A stretch of DNA of 64,000 nucleotides from a virus (IMGVR_UViG_2545824562_000002:1261-65260), one strand, 5' to 3'. Counted from the first letter of the stretch, positions 48,457-58,336 are shown. The notes: a model not told the origin generated them from the letters alone. A program made the numbers and translations.

Positions 48457-48472
48457 CTGTATATCCATCCAG
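48457..48472. promoter_or_regulatory. LexA (SOS) box upstream of the DUF1654-like gene
   Basis: CTGTATATCCATCCAG. Confidence 0.75.
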
Positions 48473-48490
48473 CTATTGCAATGAGCATAC

Positions 48491-48599
48491 ATCACGCCTC
48501 GTGAAACGTGAACCCGCCTCGTAGGGAAAGTCCTCAACACACCCTCAGGCAAAATAAATCACATATTGTGTTGACATAAAAAACACGATGCGTGATATT
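48491..48599 (+). promoter_or_regulatory. pL promoter with OL operators
   Basis: TTGACA (48571) -17 nt- GATATT (48594); operators ATCACGCCTCGTGAA (48491), ATCACATATTGTGTT (48558), AACACGATGCGTGAT (48582). Confidence 0.75.
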
Positions 48600-48652
48600 T
48601 ACATCAACACGCAGTCACTCACCAGGGGACTGCCGAGGCCCTCACCGGCCAC

Positions 48653-48666
48653 CGCTCTTTACACAA
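48653..48666 (+). promoter_or_regulatory. boxA-like antitermination element
   Basis: CGCTCTTTACACAA about 50 nt downstream of pL. Confidence 0.6.
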
Positions 48667-49057
48667 CTCGACGCGTTACCCCACCAGGTGGGAAAGGTAG
48701 CTAGCACGCTCATAGGCAGGAGCCTCCCTAAGCGACGCCGTATCGACCTCGGATCTTGGTGGCAAACCCTTAACCACGGCCAGAGGAGAACCCTCGCCAT
48801 GAAGTAGGTAGCGATTCACCCGTGAGGTGCAGGAAGCCTGAAGGCTGCACCCGTAACCATGACAGGCAGCGGTAAGTTGTGGCGTCGATGTCACCGCGCA
48901 TCGGCCGGAGAACCCGGTAGCCCACCCGAAACAACGAATCACCGATGATGCAGCATCCCCGGCCTGTCGCCAGTAGCGAGGCCGGGGCACCAATTCCGTA
49001 AAGCTCAACATCGTGCGCCTTACGCCACTTACGCCTCACCACCATCAACCTTATCGA

Positions 49058-49130
49058 CTGCATTGGTCGTGACGTTCGCCCTCCCCTTGGTCCGGGAGGT
49101 ACACGGCAGCGAGCGTCACGACCAATGCAG
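49058..49130. repeat. Long inverted repeat (about 22-bp stem)
   Basis: CTGCATTGGTCGTGACG pairs perfectly with CGTCACGACCAATGCAG, extended by G-U and TCGC/GCGA. Confidence 0.8.
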
Positions 49131-49150
49131 CCCAACGGAAGTGAACTCAA

Positions 49151-50002
49151 ATGGCGAAGTCGTTCAAGCAAATGATCAAGGATGGCGAGGTGCGGCGCGC
49201 CGATGCCATGAAGGTTCAACTGGAGGATCTGCACGAGGAGCCAGGTTTCAACCTCCGCACCGAAGGCGATGCACTCGAAGCGAGCATCAATGCTCTCGCA
49301 GAGTTCATCGCAGCAGGCGGTCAAATCCCTCCGCTGGAAGTTCGCCCACGGGCCGAAGGTGGTGTTTGGCTGGTTGATGGCCACCGCAGGCGCCGGGCGC
49401 TGTTGAAGCTTGATGCCAAGGGCCGTCTGCCACGGACGCCCAACAAAGATAGGCCACAGGTACTGGAAGCCTGGGTGCCCGTGATCGCGTTCGAAGGCAG
49501 CGATGCCGATCGAGTGGCACGCATCATCACCAGCCAGGAAAACGAAAAGCTCTCCCCCTTGGAGCTGGCTCAAGGCTACAAGCGCCTCCGGGCTTTCGGC
49601 TGGCCGGTGGAGCAGATAGCCACCAAAGTCGGCAAGACACGGCAGCACGTCGAGCAGGTGCTCACTGTCGGCAACGCAAACACTGATGTGCAGAACCTGG
49701 TAGCTGCCGGCCACGTTTCAGCTACGACAGCTGCGCAAGTCGTCCGGGAGCACGGAGACGGTGCAGGCAAGGTACTGGGAGCCGAACTTGAGAAAGCCCA
49801 GGCAAGCGGCAAGAAGCGAGTGACTGTTGGTTCGATGAAAGGGCCTTCGATACCGAAGCCAAGGCTTGAAGCAGTGCACACCGCGTCACGCAATTTAATT
49901 GCATCACTGGACTCGATCGATGAGGACAGCCGCACCCTTACCATTCCCACTGCGCTTGTCCTGCAACTGCGCGAAGCCCTGGACGGCGCCAAACCGAGAT
50001 AA
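49151..50002 (+). CDS. ParB/Srx-like protein
   Basis: GFNLR, LVDGHRRRRA, LSPLELAQGY, IATKVGKTRQHV. Confidence 0.85.
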   Translation: MAKSFKQMIKDGEVRRADAMKVQLEDLHEEPGFNLRTEGDALEASINALAEFIAAGGQIPPLEVRPRAEGGVWLVDGHRRRRALLKLDAKGRLPRTPNKDRPQVLEAWVPVIAFEGSDADRVARIITSQENEKLSPLELAQGYKRLRAFGWPVEQIATKVGKTRQHVEQVLTVGNANTDVQNLVAAGHVSATTAAQVVREHGDGAGKVLGAELEKAQASGKKRVTVGSMKGPSIPKPRLEAVHTASRNLIASLDSIDEDSRTLTIPTALVLQLREALDGAKPR

Positions 50003-50008
50003 CAGCTC

Positions 50009-50392
50009 ATGGACACGATCACTTGCGGCTCATGGATTGGCCAGCTCGGCAGGGCGCTGGCTCCCCGTGAGCTGGAAGCATTGCTGTGGGTGGCCCAAGG
50101 CCTCACCACTAAAGAAATCGCCCGCGAGATGGCGGTCAGCCCGGGCACCGTGGCCAACCGCATCGAGGCCGCTCTGTTCAAGCTGGAAGCTGGCCGCCGT
50201 ATCGAGGCGGTCACCAAGGCCATGCGTCAGCAGATCATCAGCCCGCTCTGCATCGCCCTCGCCGCTCTCATTGCCATGCATGCGGTGATCAACGACAGCG
50301 ACCCCATGCGCCGCGACCGCCGCGCGCCAGAGCGCCGCACCGCCCAAGTTCGAATCGTTCGAAAGGCCGAAGCCTTCGAATACCACGCCTGA
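50009..50392 (+). CDS. LuxR-type HTH regulator
   Basis: LAPRELEALLWVAQGLTTKEIAREMAVSPGTV. Confidence 0.88.
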   Translation: MDTITCGSWIGQLGRALAPRELEALLWVAQGLTTKEIAREMAVSPGTVANRIEAALFKLEAGRRIEAVTKAMRQQIISPLCIALAALIAMHAVINDSDPMRRDRRAPERRTAQVRIVRKAEAFEYHA

Positions 50393-50410
50393 CCCACCCG
50401 AGGATCACCC

Positions 50411-50680
50411 ATGCAGACAACAATGCACCCGGCCTTCCAAGAGAAGGTGGACATGCTCAAGGCGCTCTTGGCGCGAACCCAAGAGGCCCGCAACGAGGCC
50501 TTTGCGAAGATTGGCAAAGGCGCCCCGCGCTATCAGGCGTCGGGCAAGGACAGAGTTTGGGATGTGATCGAAATCGCTACAGGCGCCAAGCAGGGCTTCG
50601 CCTTCACCTACGAGACTGCAATTCGGTTCGTGGACGCTATGGAGGCAGGAGCAGCGAGCAAGCAAGGCGGCATGCAATGA
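50411..50680 (+). CDS. Phage hypothetical protein
   Basis: GAGG RBS, coupled operon. Confidence 0.7.
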   Translation: MQTTMHPAFQEKVDMLKALLARTQEARNEAFAKIGKGAPRYQASGKDRVWDVIEIATGAKQGFAFTYETAIRFVDAMEAGAASKQGGMQ

Positions 50681-51135
50681 GCAAGCGCAAGCCACACAAC
50701 ATGCGCTCACGGCTAGAGCGGACCTGCCGGGCTTTGGTCTCGGCCAACCACGCGGCCGTCGTGAACATTGACCCCAGCGGCCAGCAGGTGTTGATGAACT
50801 GGAAAAACCTCAAGCAAATCTGCGTGCGCCAGGTGGTTGATGCCGTGTGCGACATCCCGCACCGATGGACCATCTACTTGAGCGTGATGTGCCGGACAGA
50901 GCTCGGCGAGAGGTACCACAAGTCGATTGAGGTCGCGCCACAAGGCAACTACCGGGCCGACCATCTGACCGACTTAATCGAGACTACCTACACCGACCTG
51001 CGGGCCACGGCCAACCCTAACCACTTGGTCGCGGCCGGCTGGATCGCCATACCCACCGACACAACGCTCGACGAAGCAGAGGCTGCAAAGATCTTTGCCG
51101 CTGTCGGGGCCTGGAATCAGCAGAAAGCAGCATGA
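50677..51135 (+). CDS. Phage hypothetical protein
   Basis: MSKRKPHNMR..., ATGA-coupled. Confidence 0.75.
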   Translation: MSKRKPHNMRSRLERTCRALVSANHAAVVNIDPSGQQVLMNWKNLKQICVRQVVDAVCDIPHRWTIYLSVMCRTELGERYHKSIEVAPQGNYRADHLTDLIETTYTDLRATANPNHLVAAGWIAIPTDTTLDEAEAAKIFAAVGAWNQQKAA

Positions 51136-51223
51136 ACCGCACCACCGCACGCGCCCGGCACGGCCGGCGCCAGCAACACATCAATCTGCCGCCCAGCGGC
51201 ATCGTTCACCAGGAGACGCAGCA

Positions 51224-51571
51224 ATGTCCAAGCCCACTGACACCACCGAGTTCCTGCAGGAGCTCAATGGCGGCGCCTTCGCCAGCCAGATTGGCCACGC
51301 CCTCTCCGAGGTAGCTGCGGGTGTTGTCGATCACGGCAAGGCCGGAAAGATCACCATCACCTTGGACTTCAGCCAGATCGGCGACTCCCACCAGGTGAAG
51401 ATCAAGCACAAGCTCGACTACAAGGTGCCTACCAAGCGCGGCACCCGCAGCGAGAACACCAGCCTCGACACGCCGATGTACGTCGGTACCGGCGGCAACA
51501 TCTCTCTGTTCCCCGAAAAACACGACCAGCTCTTCACCCGTGACGAAGCACCTGTACACCCACGCTCGTAA
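51224..51571 (+). CDS. YfdP-like phage protein
   Basis: FLQELNGGAF...ALSEVAAGV...TPMYVGTGG, upstream of a DUF2303-like gene. Confidence 0.75.
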   Translation: MSKPTDTTEFLQELNGGAFASQIGHALSEVAAGVVDHGKAGKITITLDFSQIGDSHQVKIKHKLDYKVPTKRGTRSENTSLDTPMYVGTGGNISLFPEKHDQLFTRDEAPVHPRS

Positions 51572-51597
51572 CTCACTGCACCTACAAGGAAAAGCGC

Positions 51598-52413
51598 ATG
51601 TCCCTCAGCAAAGAAGCTCTCGAACTGATCCAAGAAAACGCCGTCGCTGCAGCAGGCATCAAGCTGCCGGCCCTCGGCGAGGTTGCCGTTGTCCCGCAGA
51701 ACTTCAACGTGGTTGACTTGGAACGCTACCAGGCCGGCCGCAACCGCTTCCGTGGTACCTACGCCACCCACTCGCTGGCTGACTACAGCGCCTACGTTGT
51801 CGAGCGGTCGGCGCCAGCAGCGCGCGGCTTCATCGATCAGGACAACATGAGCTGCATCGTGGTGTTCAACATCGGTACCGCCGAAGAACCAGGCCATGCC
51901 GATGACCGCGCCGTGCTGCGCCTGAAGGCTTCTGCTGCATTCGCCGCCGTTCAGGCAGTGTGCGGTCAAAGCCTGGTGCAGAAGGCCATGAGCGACTGGA
52001 TCGAAGACTGGAACCAGCACCTGTCGGCCACCGATGAGAATGGCCAGACCATGAGCATCGCCAAAGCGATCGCCGCAGTTCGCACCATAACCGTGAAGGC
52101 ATCGTCCGAGAGCGACCACGCCGTAGGTGAAACCCGCGCCAGCCGCAGCACCATGGACCAGATCGAGGCAAGCAGCAAAGAAACCCTGCCGGCTTGGCTG
52201 GATTTCAAAGTCATACCGTTCGAAGGCCTGGGCGAGCAAGTAATCCGCCTGCGCCTGTCAGTTATCACCGGCGGCGCGCAACCGGTGCTGAAACTGCGCT
52301 GGATCGGCGAGGAAGCCCAGCGCGAGGCCATTGCGCAGGAGTTCAAGGCCGTTCTCGACTCCAAAGTCGGCACCGCCGCGAAACTGTCCCTGGGCACCTT
52401 TGACGCCAAATAG
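51598..52413 (+). CDS. DUF2303/YfdQ family protein
   Basis: DLERYQAGRNRFRG, PGHADDRAVLRL, DWIEDW, PFEGL. Confidence 0.85.
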   Translation: MSLSKEALELIQENAVAAAGIKLPALGEVAVVPQNFNVVDLERYQAGRNRFRGTYATHSLADYSAYVVERSAPAARGFIDQDNMSCIVVFNIGTAEEPGHADDRAVLRLKASAAFAAVQAVCGQSLVQKAMSDWIEDWNQHLSATDENGQTMSIAKAIAAVRTITVKASSESDHAVGETRASRSTMDQIEASSKETLPAWLDFKVIPFEGLGEQVIRLRLSVITGGAQPVLKLRWIGEEAQREAIAQEFKAVLDSKVGTAAKLSLGTFDAK

Positions 52414-52515
52414 CCAGGCTCAGCGCTACAGATCGCATGATTCTGATCTGTGGCGCTGGCGTTCTATTGTAAGAGCATGCTGATGATTCAGCAGGATCCT
52501 GGTGACTAGGTACTG

Positions 52516-53085
52516 TCACCCGGTTATTCCGGGTAGACCAAAGTGTTCATAGACTATCGCGGCGCATACACCCGCGCCCGCGGACAACGTTGACAAAACG
52601 CCCCATTTTGAGACGCGCTTAAGCCAGACGAAGGACGGTTCCCCTCGCTTTACCCGCTCCCACTCAGTTTTGAGAATGTCCTGAGCCTGGACTGAAATAT
52701 TCTCTGCCCGCGGGCTGATTTCGCTATCACGAATGGTTTCAAGATCTTCCAGCAATCGAAGCATTTCTACGTGTTCTTCCGGATTCAACCGTAGCCGGAT
52801 GCGAGACACGAGCATCTCAATCTCAAGAAACTGCTCTTGCTTGTTGATCAGGTAGTCATCAATTTCTGCCTGAGTTCGCTCCCTCACAATTCCTGCAACA
52901 GTTTTCATGACGCCAAAGTGAGCCACGAGCTGAGATACATCGTTTCGCAGTCCATCAATCCAGGCCTGTCTAAATTCCGAGGTCTTTTGGTCCTTCGCCA
53001 GAATAGAAACGACCAGTGACACTATCCCAGCGATCAGACCTACGACTAGCGCAGCAACAGCTGGCACGACCAGTTCTTCTTTCAT
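52516..53085 (-). CDS. Antisense moron, 2-TM protein
   Basis: N-terminal TM, KDQKTSEFRQAWIDGLR, LKTEWERVKRGE, C-terminal TM. Confidence 0.8.
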   Translation of the reverse strand: MKEELVVPAVAALVVGLIAGIVSLVVSILAKDQKTSEFRQAWIDGLRNDVSQLVAHFGVMKTVAGIVRERTQAEIDDYLINKQEQFLEIEMLVSRIRLRLNPEEHVEMLRLLEDLETIRDSEISPRAENISVQAQDILKTEWERVKRGEPSFVWLKRVSKWGVLSTLSAGAGVCAAIVYEHFGLPGITG

Positions 53086-53193
53086 TTCCGCACCTGCTGA
53101 ATTTTTTCAGGCGCGTATCAGACACTAACAAAAACCAAATTGCCACCATGCCGCATCCGGCCACGGAGGGCGGCGCATGCTCAGGGAAAAGTC

Positions 53194-54051
53194 ATGAACG
53201 ACGAACAACGCCACCAAGAATGGATCGCCCAGCGAAAAGCCGAAAAGGCCAAACGCCGCGACCGCGCCGCCGAGTGCCTGAAGGACCACGAATACACCGT
53301 GCTGGCTGACACTGACCAGTTGAAGGCCTGGCGCTGCAAGGCACCGCGAATCACCAGCTACGCTTTCGACATCCTGATCACCCGCTTCGGTATCGCCACG
53401 ATCGGTGATATCGACGGCCTGACCTTCAACGTCGGACTGTCCTACGGCATCGAGTTCCTGGCCGGTGACGACATCGGCTACTACATCCATTCGAAGCTCG
53501 AAGAGCACTGTCGCGAGCGTGAATTTGATGAGCAAGCCTTCCGCGCGGCACTGGTGACTGGCGTATGCAACCAGGTCTGCGAGCAAATCGACGAGGATCA
53601 GTACAGCGCCCTTCCCGAGTGGATGCGCAACGACGGTGGGCGCCACGAGGCCAGCCGCTGGGACGAGCTCCGGAAGGTAGTTAAAGAGCATCTCGCAGCC
53701 ATTGAATATGGCGGTGATGGCCGCGAATTCTGGGACTCGCTGAATGACCGCCTGAACGAGGCCGACGACATCAGCTACGTCGAGCAAGCCCGCATGTTCA
53801 TGGGCGAGCACCACGAAGTGCTTGGCCTGGGCTGCGACTACTGGGAGATCACCATCGACAAGCCGCGCGACAGCCTGATCAACCGCCTTTACCTGATCAA
53901 CCATGCGGCCAAAGCAATCGTCGCCCAGCAGGGCGGGTCAAAGCCGCCTGACCCTCCGGCGCTGTCCGCCTGGGGTATTTCATTACTAGCGAGAGCCACC
54001 CTCAAAGCTTCCGGGAACAAACGGCCAGCCGCCGCGGCGCTTCTTCCCTGA
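53194..54051 (+). CDS. Phage hypothetical protein
   Basis: GC-rich phage-like ORF MNDEQRHQEW; 3' end overlaps an antisense moron. Confidence 0.75.
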   Translation: MNDEQRHQEWIAQRKAEKAKRRDRAAECLKDHEYTVLADTDQLKAWRCKAPRITSYAFDILITRFGIATIGDIDGLTFNVGLSYGIEFLAGDDIGYYIHSKLEEHCREREFDEQAFRAALVTGVCNQVCEQIDEDQYSALPEWMRNDGGRHEASRWDELRKVVKEHLAAIEYGGDGREFWDSLNDRLNEADDISYVEQARMFMGEHHEVLGLGCDYWEITIDKPRDSLINRLYLINHAAKAIVAQQGGSKPPDPPALSAWGISLLARATLKASGNKRPAAAALLP

Positions 54052-54207
54052 CTTTTCCATAGCTACAGCTACTCGTTCTCGCTCTATCTTCTCGTAGAGC
54101 TTCGCCCGGTACTCAACCGGAGTTGCCTCAAGAAGAGCAGCGAGATCGTCAAACTGATGCTTCTTTTGATGCCGCTCAGCCCTGGTAAGTCTTGGTTTTT
54201 TTGCCAC
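53986..54207 (-). CDS. Small basic antisense moron
   Basis: 73 aa, Lys/Arg-rich. Confidence 0.5.
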   Translation of the reverse strand: MAKKPRLTRAERHQKKHQFDDLAALLEATPVEYRAKLYEKIERERVAVAMEKSGKKRRGGWPFVPGSFEGGSR

Positions 54208-54326
54208 TGAGAGTCCCCGCTTCCGGCTCCATACCGGTCACCTCACCATTAGCCCAATTTAACGACGTACGCCACCCCGGCGCTTCCCGCCAGCGCCCTC
54301 CACGATGGAGCAGAAGACGATCAAGA

Positions 54327-54500
54327 CTACCTACCTGACTGGACACGCTCCAGATCGATTTCGAGTGAAGCCACCCGCTGCCGGAGCTCTTTCAACTCCT
54401 CTCTTAACTCGTAGCACTCACGAATGGTGCGGTTGTGCGACCTGTCATTCTGAAAAACCCAATAAATAAAGACCGGAACGGCCGCTAGCAACCAATACAT
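54327..54500 (-). CDS. Small TM + coiled-coil antisense moron
   Basis: AGGAGG RBS, MYWLLAAVPVFIYWVF. Confidence 0.55.
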   Translation of the reverse strand: MYWLLAAVPVFIYWVFQNDRSHNRTIRECYELREELKELRQRVASLEIDLERVQSGR

Positions 54501-54630
54501 AACGCCTCCTTTTTTGAGCCGCACTATAGCTCACGCGGCCCACTGCCTTCCCCTATTCAACGATAACGCCTGCCCGGCGAGGGCGGCGTCTGTGCAAGGT
54601 TGCTGGACAAAGCAGCACATCCACGATGCA

Positions 54631-55509
54631 TCATTTATGAATACTCCACTTCGTCACCCGATAGTCCTGTGGATCAAATACGAATAACGTTGCCGAAGCT
54701 GTATCAACCCCATCCTTTGATATCGTATTAGGGAAGATCACAACTGGCCTGACGCCAACCTCCAAACCTTGACGAAGAGTAATCTTTTTGTAAATCATTG
54801 CAAGTTCTTTAGTTTTAGCAATCGCGTTATTGGCACTACGCACTGCTGCACCATGCTTAACCTCGACGACATAATGGACGTCGGCAAACTTAATGATTCC
54901 GTCAAACTGAGCGAACTTATCCGCGTAGCGAATCGCATATCTTCTTAGCAGCTCTCCGCCTTCAAAATAACCTCCTGAATCCACAAGATTTTGAAGTACC
55001 CGATCTTCAGCTTTCAGCAACTGTTCGACGGTTTTATCTCTGGCAGTGCTGAAGTCAGTATACCCACGGGGCTCAGCATTCTCTCTGGAAGAAGATCTTG
55101 GGTTAACATCGTCTTTTGAGGGTTCATTTCCAGCCGAGGAGGACTCGCTTTGCATCTCCAAAGCTTCAGCTTCAGCTTTTTGGACGATAGCTTCGGGACT
55201 CTGCTTTTGAAGGTGCTCCCAATACTTGTCTCTATTCCAGAACAATGCGGCTATTTTTTCAAGAAAATGCAACTCAGTGACCAGAGTGGCCACTATAAAT
55301 ATAGACAAACCATAAGTCACAACGTGATTAGCAGCGAAAGCCATACCTAATACCAAGGCGCTTCCAATCAGCTTGGTTGACGAGACAGTATCTCGGCACA
55401 CAAGACTGAATATAAGCATCCAAAACAGCCCAACCACTCCAAAAATCTGAGCCATCAGAGCTGATGCGCCATCCATACTAAGTAGCATTTTTGAATACTC
55501 TTCAGCCAT
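54631..55509 (-). CDS. Membrane-anchored putative PD-(D/E)XK nuclease moron
   Basis: About 3 N-terminal TM helices, linker, then FDGII...YVVEVK. Confidence 0.65.
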   Translation of the reverse strand: MAEEYSKMLLSMDGASALMAQIFGVVGLFWMLIFSLVCRDTVSSTKLIGSALVLGMAFAANHVVTYGLSIFIVATLVTELHFLEKIAALFWNRDKYWEHLQKQSPEAIVQKAEAEALEMQSESSSAGNEPSKDDVNPRSSSRENAEPRGYTDFSTARDKTVEQLLKAEDRVLQNLVDSGGYFEGGELLRRYAIRYADKFAQFDGIIKFADVHYVVEVKHGAAVRSANNAIAKTKELAMIYKKITLRQGLEVGVRPVVIFPNTISKDGVDTASATLFVFDPQDYRVTKWSIHK

Positions 55510-55558
55510 TTGACGACCTCACTTCATCCGCCAGCGATGATACAGGCCAGGAGCCATC

Positions 55559-56323
55559 ATGCCCAATCGAATCGTCTGCCAGTTCAGTTGCGGCGCCGCT
55601 TCGGCGGTGGCCACGAAGCTGGCCCTCGCCGAGTACGGCACAACGCACGATGTGCAGATCATCAACGCTTTCCTCGCCAATGAGCATGAGGACAACCGCC
55701 GGTTCGCCCTGGACTGCGAAGCATGGTTCAACCAGCCGATCACCGTCCTGCGGGACGAGAAGTACGGTGCCGACGCTCACGAGGTGTTCCGCCGCGAGCG
55801 CTACATGAAGGGCCGAACCGGCGCACCCTGCACCAAGATCCTCAAACGGCGATTGCTCGACACTTGGAAGCAGCCAGGCGACGTGATGGTGTTCGGTTAC
55901 ACCGCCGAGGAGGCAGATCGCCTGGATGACTTCCGGGAGCGCAATCCAGACCGCCCAGTGATCGCCCCGCTGATTGATCGAGGCCTCGGCAAGGACGACT
56001 GCAAGGCAATTCTGCTGCGCGCCGGCATCGAGCTGCCGCTGATGTACCGGATGGGCTACGACAACGCCAATTGCAAAGGCTGCGTGAAGGGTGGCGAAGG
56101 GTACTTTCGGGCCATTCGTGAGGATTTTCCTGAAGATTTCGAAGCGCTGTGCGCGATCCAGGACGAACTGGGCCCAGGCTCCTACCTGTTCCGCAACCGC
56201 ACCACCAACGTGCGTTTCTCCCTGCGCGACCTCGGCGATGGCCCGGTGCGCCGCAACGAGAAGATCCCATCCTGCTCGTTCTTCTGCGAGATCGCAGAGG
56301 CCGACATCATCGCCAAGGCCTGA
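55559..56323 (+). CDS. Phage PAPS-reductase-like / adenine nucleotide alpha-hydrolase
   Basis: FSCGAASAVA PP-loop, CTKILK, GYTAEE, NANCKGCVKGG. Confidence 0.8.
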   Translation: MPNRIVCQFSCGAASAVATKLALAEYGTTHDVQIINAFLANEHEDNRRFALDCEAWFNQPITVLRDEKYGADAHEVFRRERYMKGRTGAPCTKILKRRLLDTWKQPGDVMVFGYTAEEADRLDDFRERNPDRPVIAPLIDRGLGKDDCKAILLRAGIELPLMYRMGYDNANCKGCVKGGEGYFRAIREDFPEDFEALCAIQDELGPGSYLFRNRTTNVRFSLRDLGDGPVRRNEKIPSCSFFCEIAEADIIAKA

Positions 56324-56354
56324 AATTCGCACATGTGCCGCATGGCTAGGCCGG

Positions 56355-56741
56355 TTAGCCTGCAATTAAACGATTGATGATCACATCGCCGTAGCCCCAA
56401 ACCACGGTGCCAATCACGATCAGTCCAAAAGACAACTTGTTGGCTACAGCGAGACGTACTTTGAACCCCTCCAGAACGGCGAGCCCATCATCATCGCCCC
56501 AAGTACCTGGTACATGCAGCCTATCGACCAAAACCTTGTTGGTGGCTGCGGCGAACATTGAAAACACGGTCGTGATAGCGCCACTACGCTGAAACCATAC
56601 TCCCAGCGACTCACCTGATGGCCGAGCCGCTTCTAGAAAAGACAGTGCAGGTACCGCTAGCGCGATAAGCAGCAAAGCGGTAACCCCACAATAGTCCAGC
56701 CATGCCTGTTTCCGAAATGCTGCTTGTCGATTCACATCCAT
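56355..56741 (-). CDS. Antisense 3-TM membrane moron
   Basis: WFQRSGAI...GTVVWGYGD. Confidence 0.7.
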   Translation of the reverse strand: MDVNRQAAFRKQAWLDYCGVTALLLIALAVPALSFLEAARPSGESLGVWFQRSGAITTVFSMFAAATNKVLVDRLHVPGTWGDDDGLAVLEGFKVRLAVANKLSFGLIVIGTVVWGYGDVIINRLIAG

Positions 56742-56810
56742 AGCCCTCACCTGATCAGTAGATATGCGGGGGCCAGTCTATCTAGAAATCCATGAGGTCA
56801 AGGTATCCCC

Positions 56811-57060
56811 ATGTCCACGGCAATCGACCTGTTCGCCGGCCTCGGCGGATGGAGCACCGCAGGCGTCCATGTTCTCTGGGCAGCAAACCACTGGCCGGTA
56901 GCCGTCTCCCCTACACAGCCCGCTTGCCAGGACCTACACCTAACTCGCTGGGAGCATGTGCCCCCGCTCGACATCCTACAGGCATCGCACGCGAAAGCTC
57001 GCGGAAAGAAGTCATACCACCCGGAGCACAACGCATCGCGCACGACGACCTGTGCATCTC
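56811..57060 (+). pseudogene. Decayed N-terminus of a C5 DNA methyltransferase
   Basis: MSTAIDLFAGLGGWST motif I, WAANHWPVAV, CQDLH; the catalytic PC motif is deleted (DILQAS-HAKARGK) and the gene is truncated. Confidence 0.8.
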
Positions 57061-58255
57061 ACTGGAGCTTGCCCTTATAGACCTCAGACCGGTGGTAACT
57101 CAGGTAGCCTCGCTGCTCTACTGTGAAGTCCCCAACATTCATGCCAGACGCCAATCCCCATGCTGACACAACCTCCTTCGCAGGATCGGCAACCAGCAAT
57201 TCCCCATCATCCAAGAACGTTATCCAGCCTCGGTCAAACAGCTTATCCACATGTGGCGCCAACATGAGTCCATTGTTACCGTCCAAACGCTCAAGGTTCG
57301 AGCAATCCTTCCAAGGTTTGATGTGGCTAGCGATCAGGAATCGCTTATCGGAAACCCCAGTCAGACGGCACGACTTCTCACGGTCCAGTACCTGAAGGCG
57401 GAATGTTCCCTGGCCGACACGCGAGCGGACCAACTGTTCGCGCTCAGTAGCAGCCAGTTCCTGATTTAGCTGGATTTCACGCTCAGCTTCGTCCGCTCTT
57501 ACCTGGTCTTCCAGTTCATGAACCCGCTCGATAATCGCGCTCCCAGCACTATTAGATAGGCGGAGAATGAAGGAGCCTAGCTCGGGCGAGATACTAGCGA
57601 GGTAACATCCCTGGTTACCGTTGCCATTAGCTTGCAAAGGGGAGTTTTTCGCAGGCAAGAGACTTGAAATAGCAGTAATGTGATCCTTAGGCAAAACAGC
57701 CTTGTCCAGTACGGTCCACTCGATAGGAACTAACCATCCCGTATCAGACCAATTCTGGCCGGCTTGACCAAAGGCTTCCGGCTTCGTCTGTTCGGTATAA
57801 ACAGAAGTCGCAACGCCGATAGCCCGGATCTGCCCTCCAGCGTAGGAAATGACAACGTCGCCGGCTCTAACCAGCGTCAGGTTGATGTATGTCTGGTTTC
57901 GAGCGCCATTTTTATTTTTTGTGGGTGACCAGATGTAGCCCCCTTCAAGTTCGGCTTGGTAAGTCTGCTTATGATTGACCCACCAGAAGCCTGAAATCTC
58001 TTGCTCGCGTGAGTGCCGTTCAAAAACTACAACCTCTGCACTCAAGTCAAGGGACTTGCGCTCCCAACCAGCTTCGATCCAAAGATGCGCCCAGGTGTGT
58101 GAATCATCAGTCCTGGAATTTGCCCACCAAGCGTTGTGATTTCTCGCGACCGGTGGCAGACCGCCCACTAGCTCATCAATTTGCGCGAAGGTCAGTTCAA
58201 CGGAGTTAACAGTCTGGGACCGAAGAAAATCGGCCAGGGGCATGTACTTACTCAC
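57059..58255 (-). CDS. HNH endonuclease with N-terminal sensing domains (type IV restriction-like)
   Basis: KYMPLADFL..LTFAQIDELVG.LP..WWAN domain; WWVNHKQT...GGYIWSP...GDVVISY (EVE/PUA-like); RVGQGTFR..CRLTG..LIASHIKPW..NGLMLAPHVDKLFDRG. Confidence 0.85.
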   Translation of the reverse strand: MSKYMPLADFLRSQTVNSVELTFAQIDELVGGLPPVARNHNAWWANSRTDDSHTWAHLWIEAGWERKSLDLSAEVVVFERHSREQEISGFWWVNHKQTYQAELEGGYIWSPTKNKNGARNQTYINLTLVRAGDVVISYAGGQIRAIGVATSVYTEQTKPEAFGQAGQNWSDTGWLVPIEWTVLDKAVLPKDHITAISSLLPAKNSPLQANGNGNQGCYLASISPELGSFILRLSNSAGSAIIERVHELEDQVRADEAEREIQLNQELAATEREQLVRSRVGQGTFRLQVLDREKSCRLTGVSDKRFLIASHIKPWKDCSNLERLDGNNGLMLAPHVDKLFDRGWITFLDDGELLVADPAKEVVSAWGLASGMNVGDFTVEQRGYLSYHRSEVYKGKLQ

Positions 58256-58336
58256 CAGTCACCTCTGAGCGCAAAAGCAGGAATCATATTGCCATCACGC
58301 ACTAGCAGCAATCCTTGCATTCGTACAGACCCGGTC

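Noticed and set aside
55559-56323. DndC of a phosphorothioation system
   Set aside because: Too short, and no other dnd/ssp genes are in the window.
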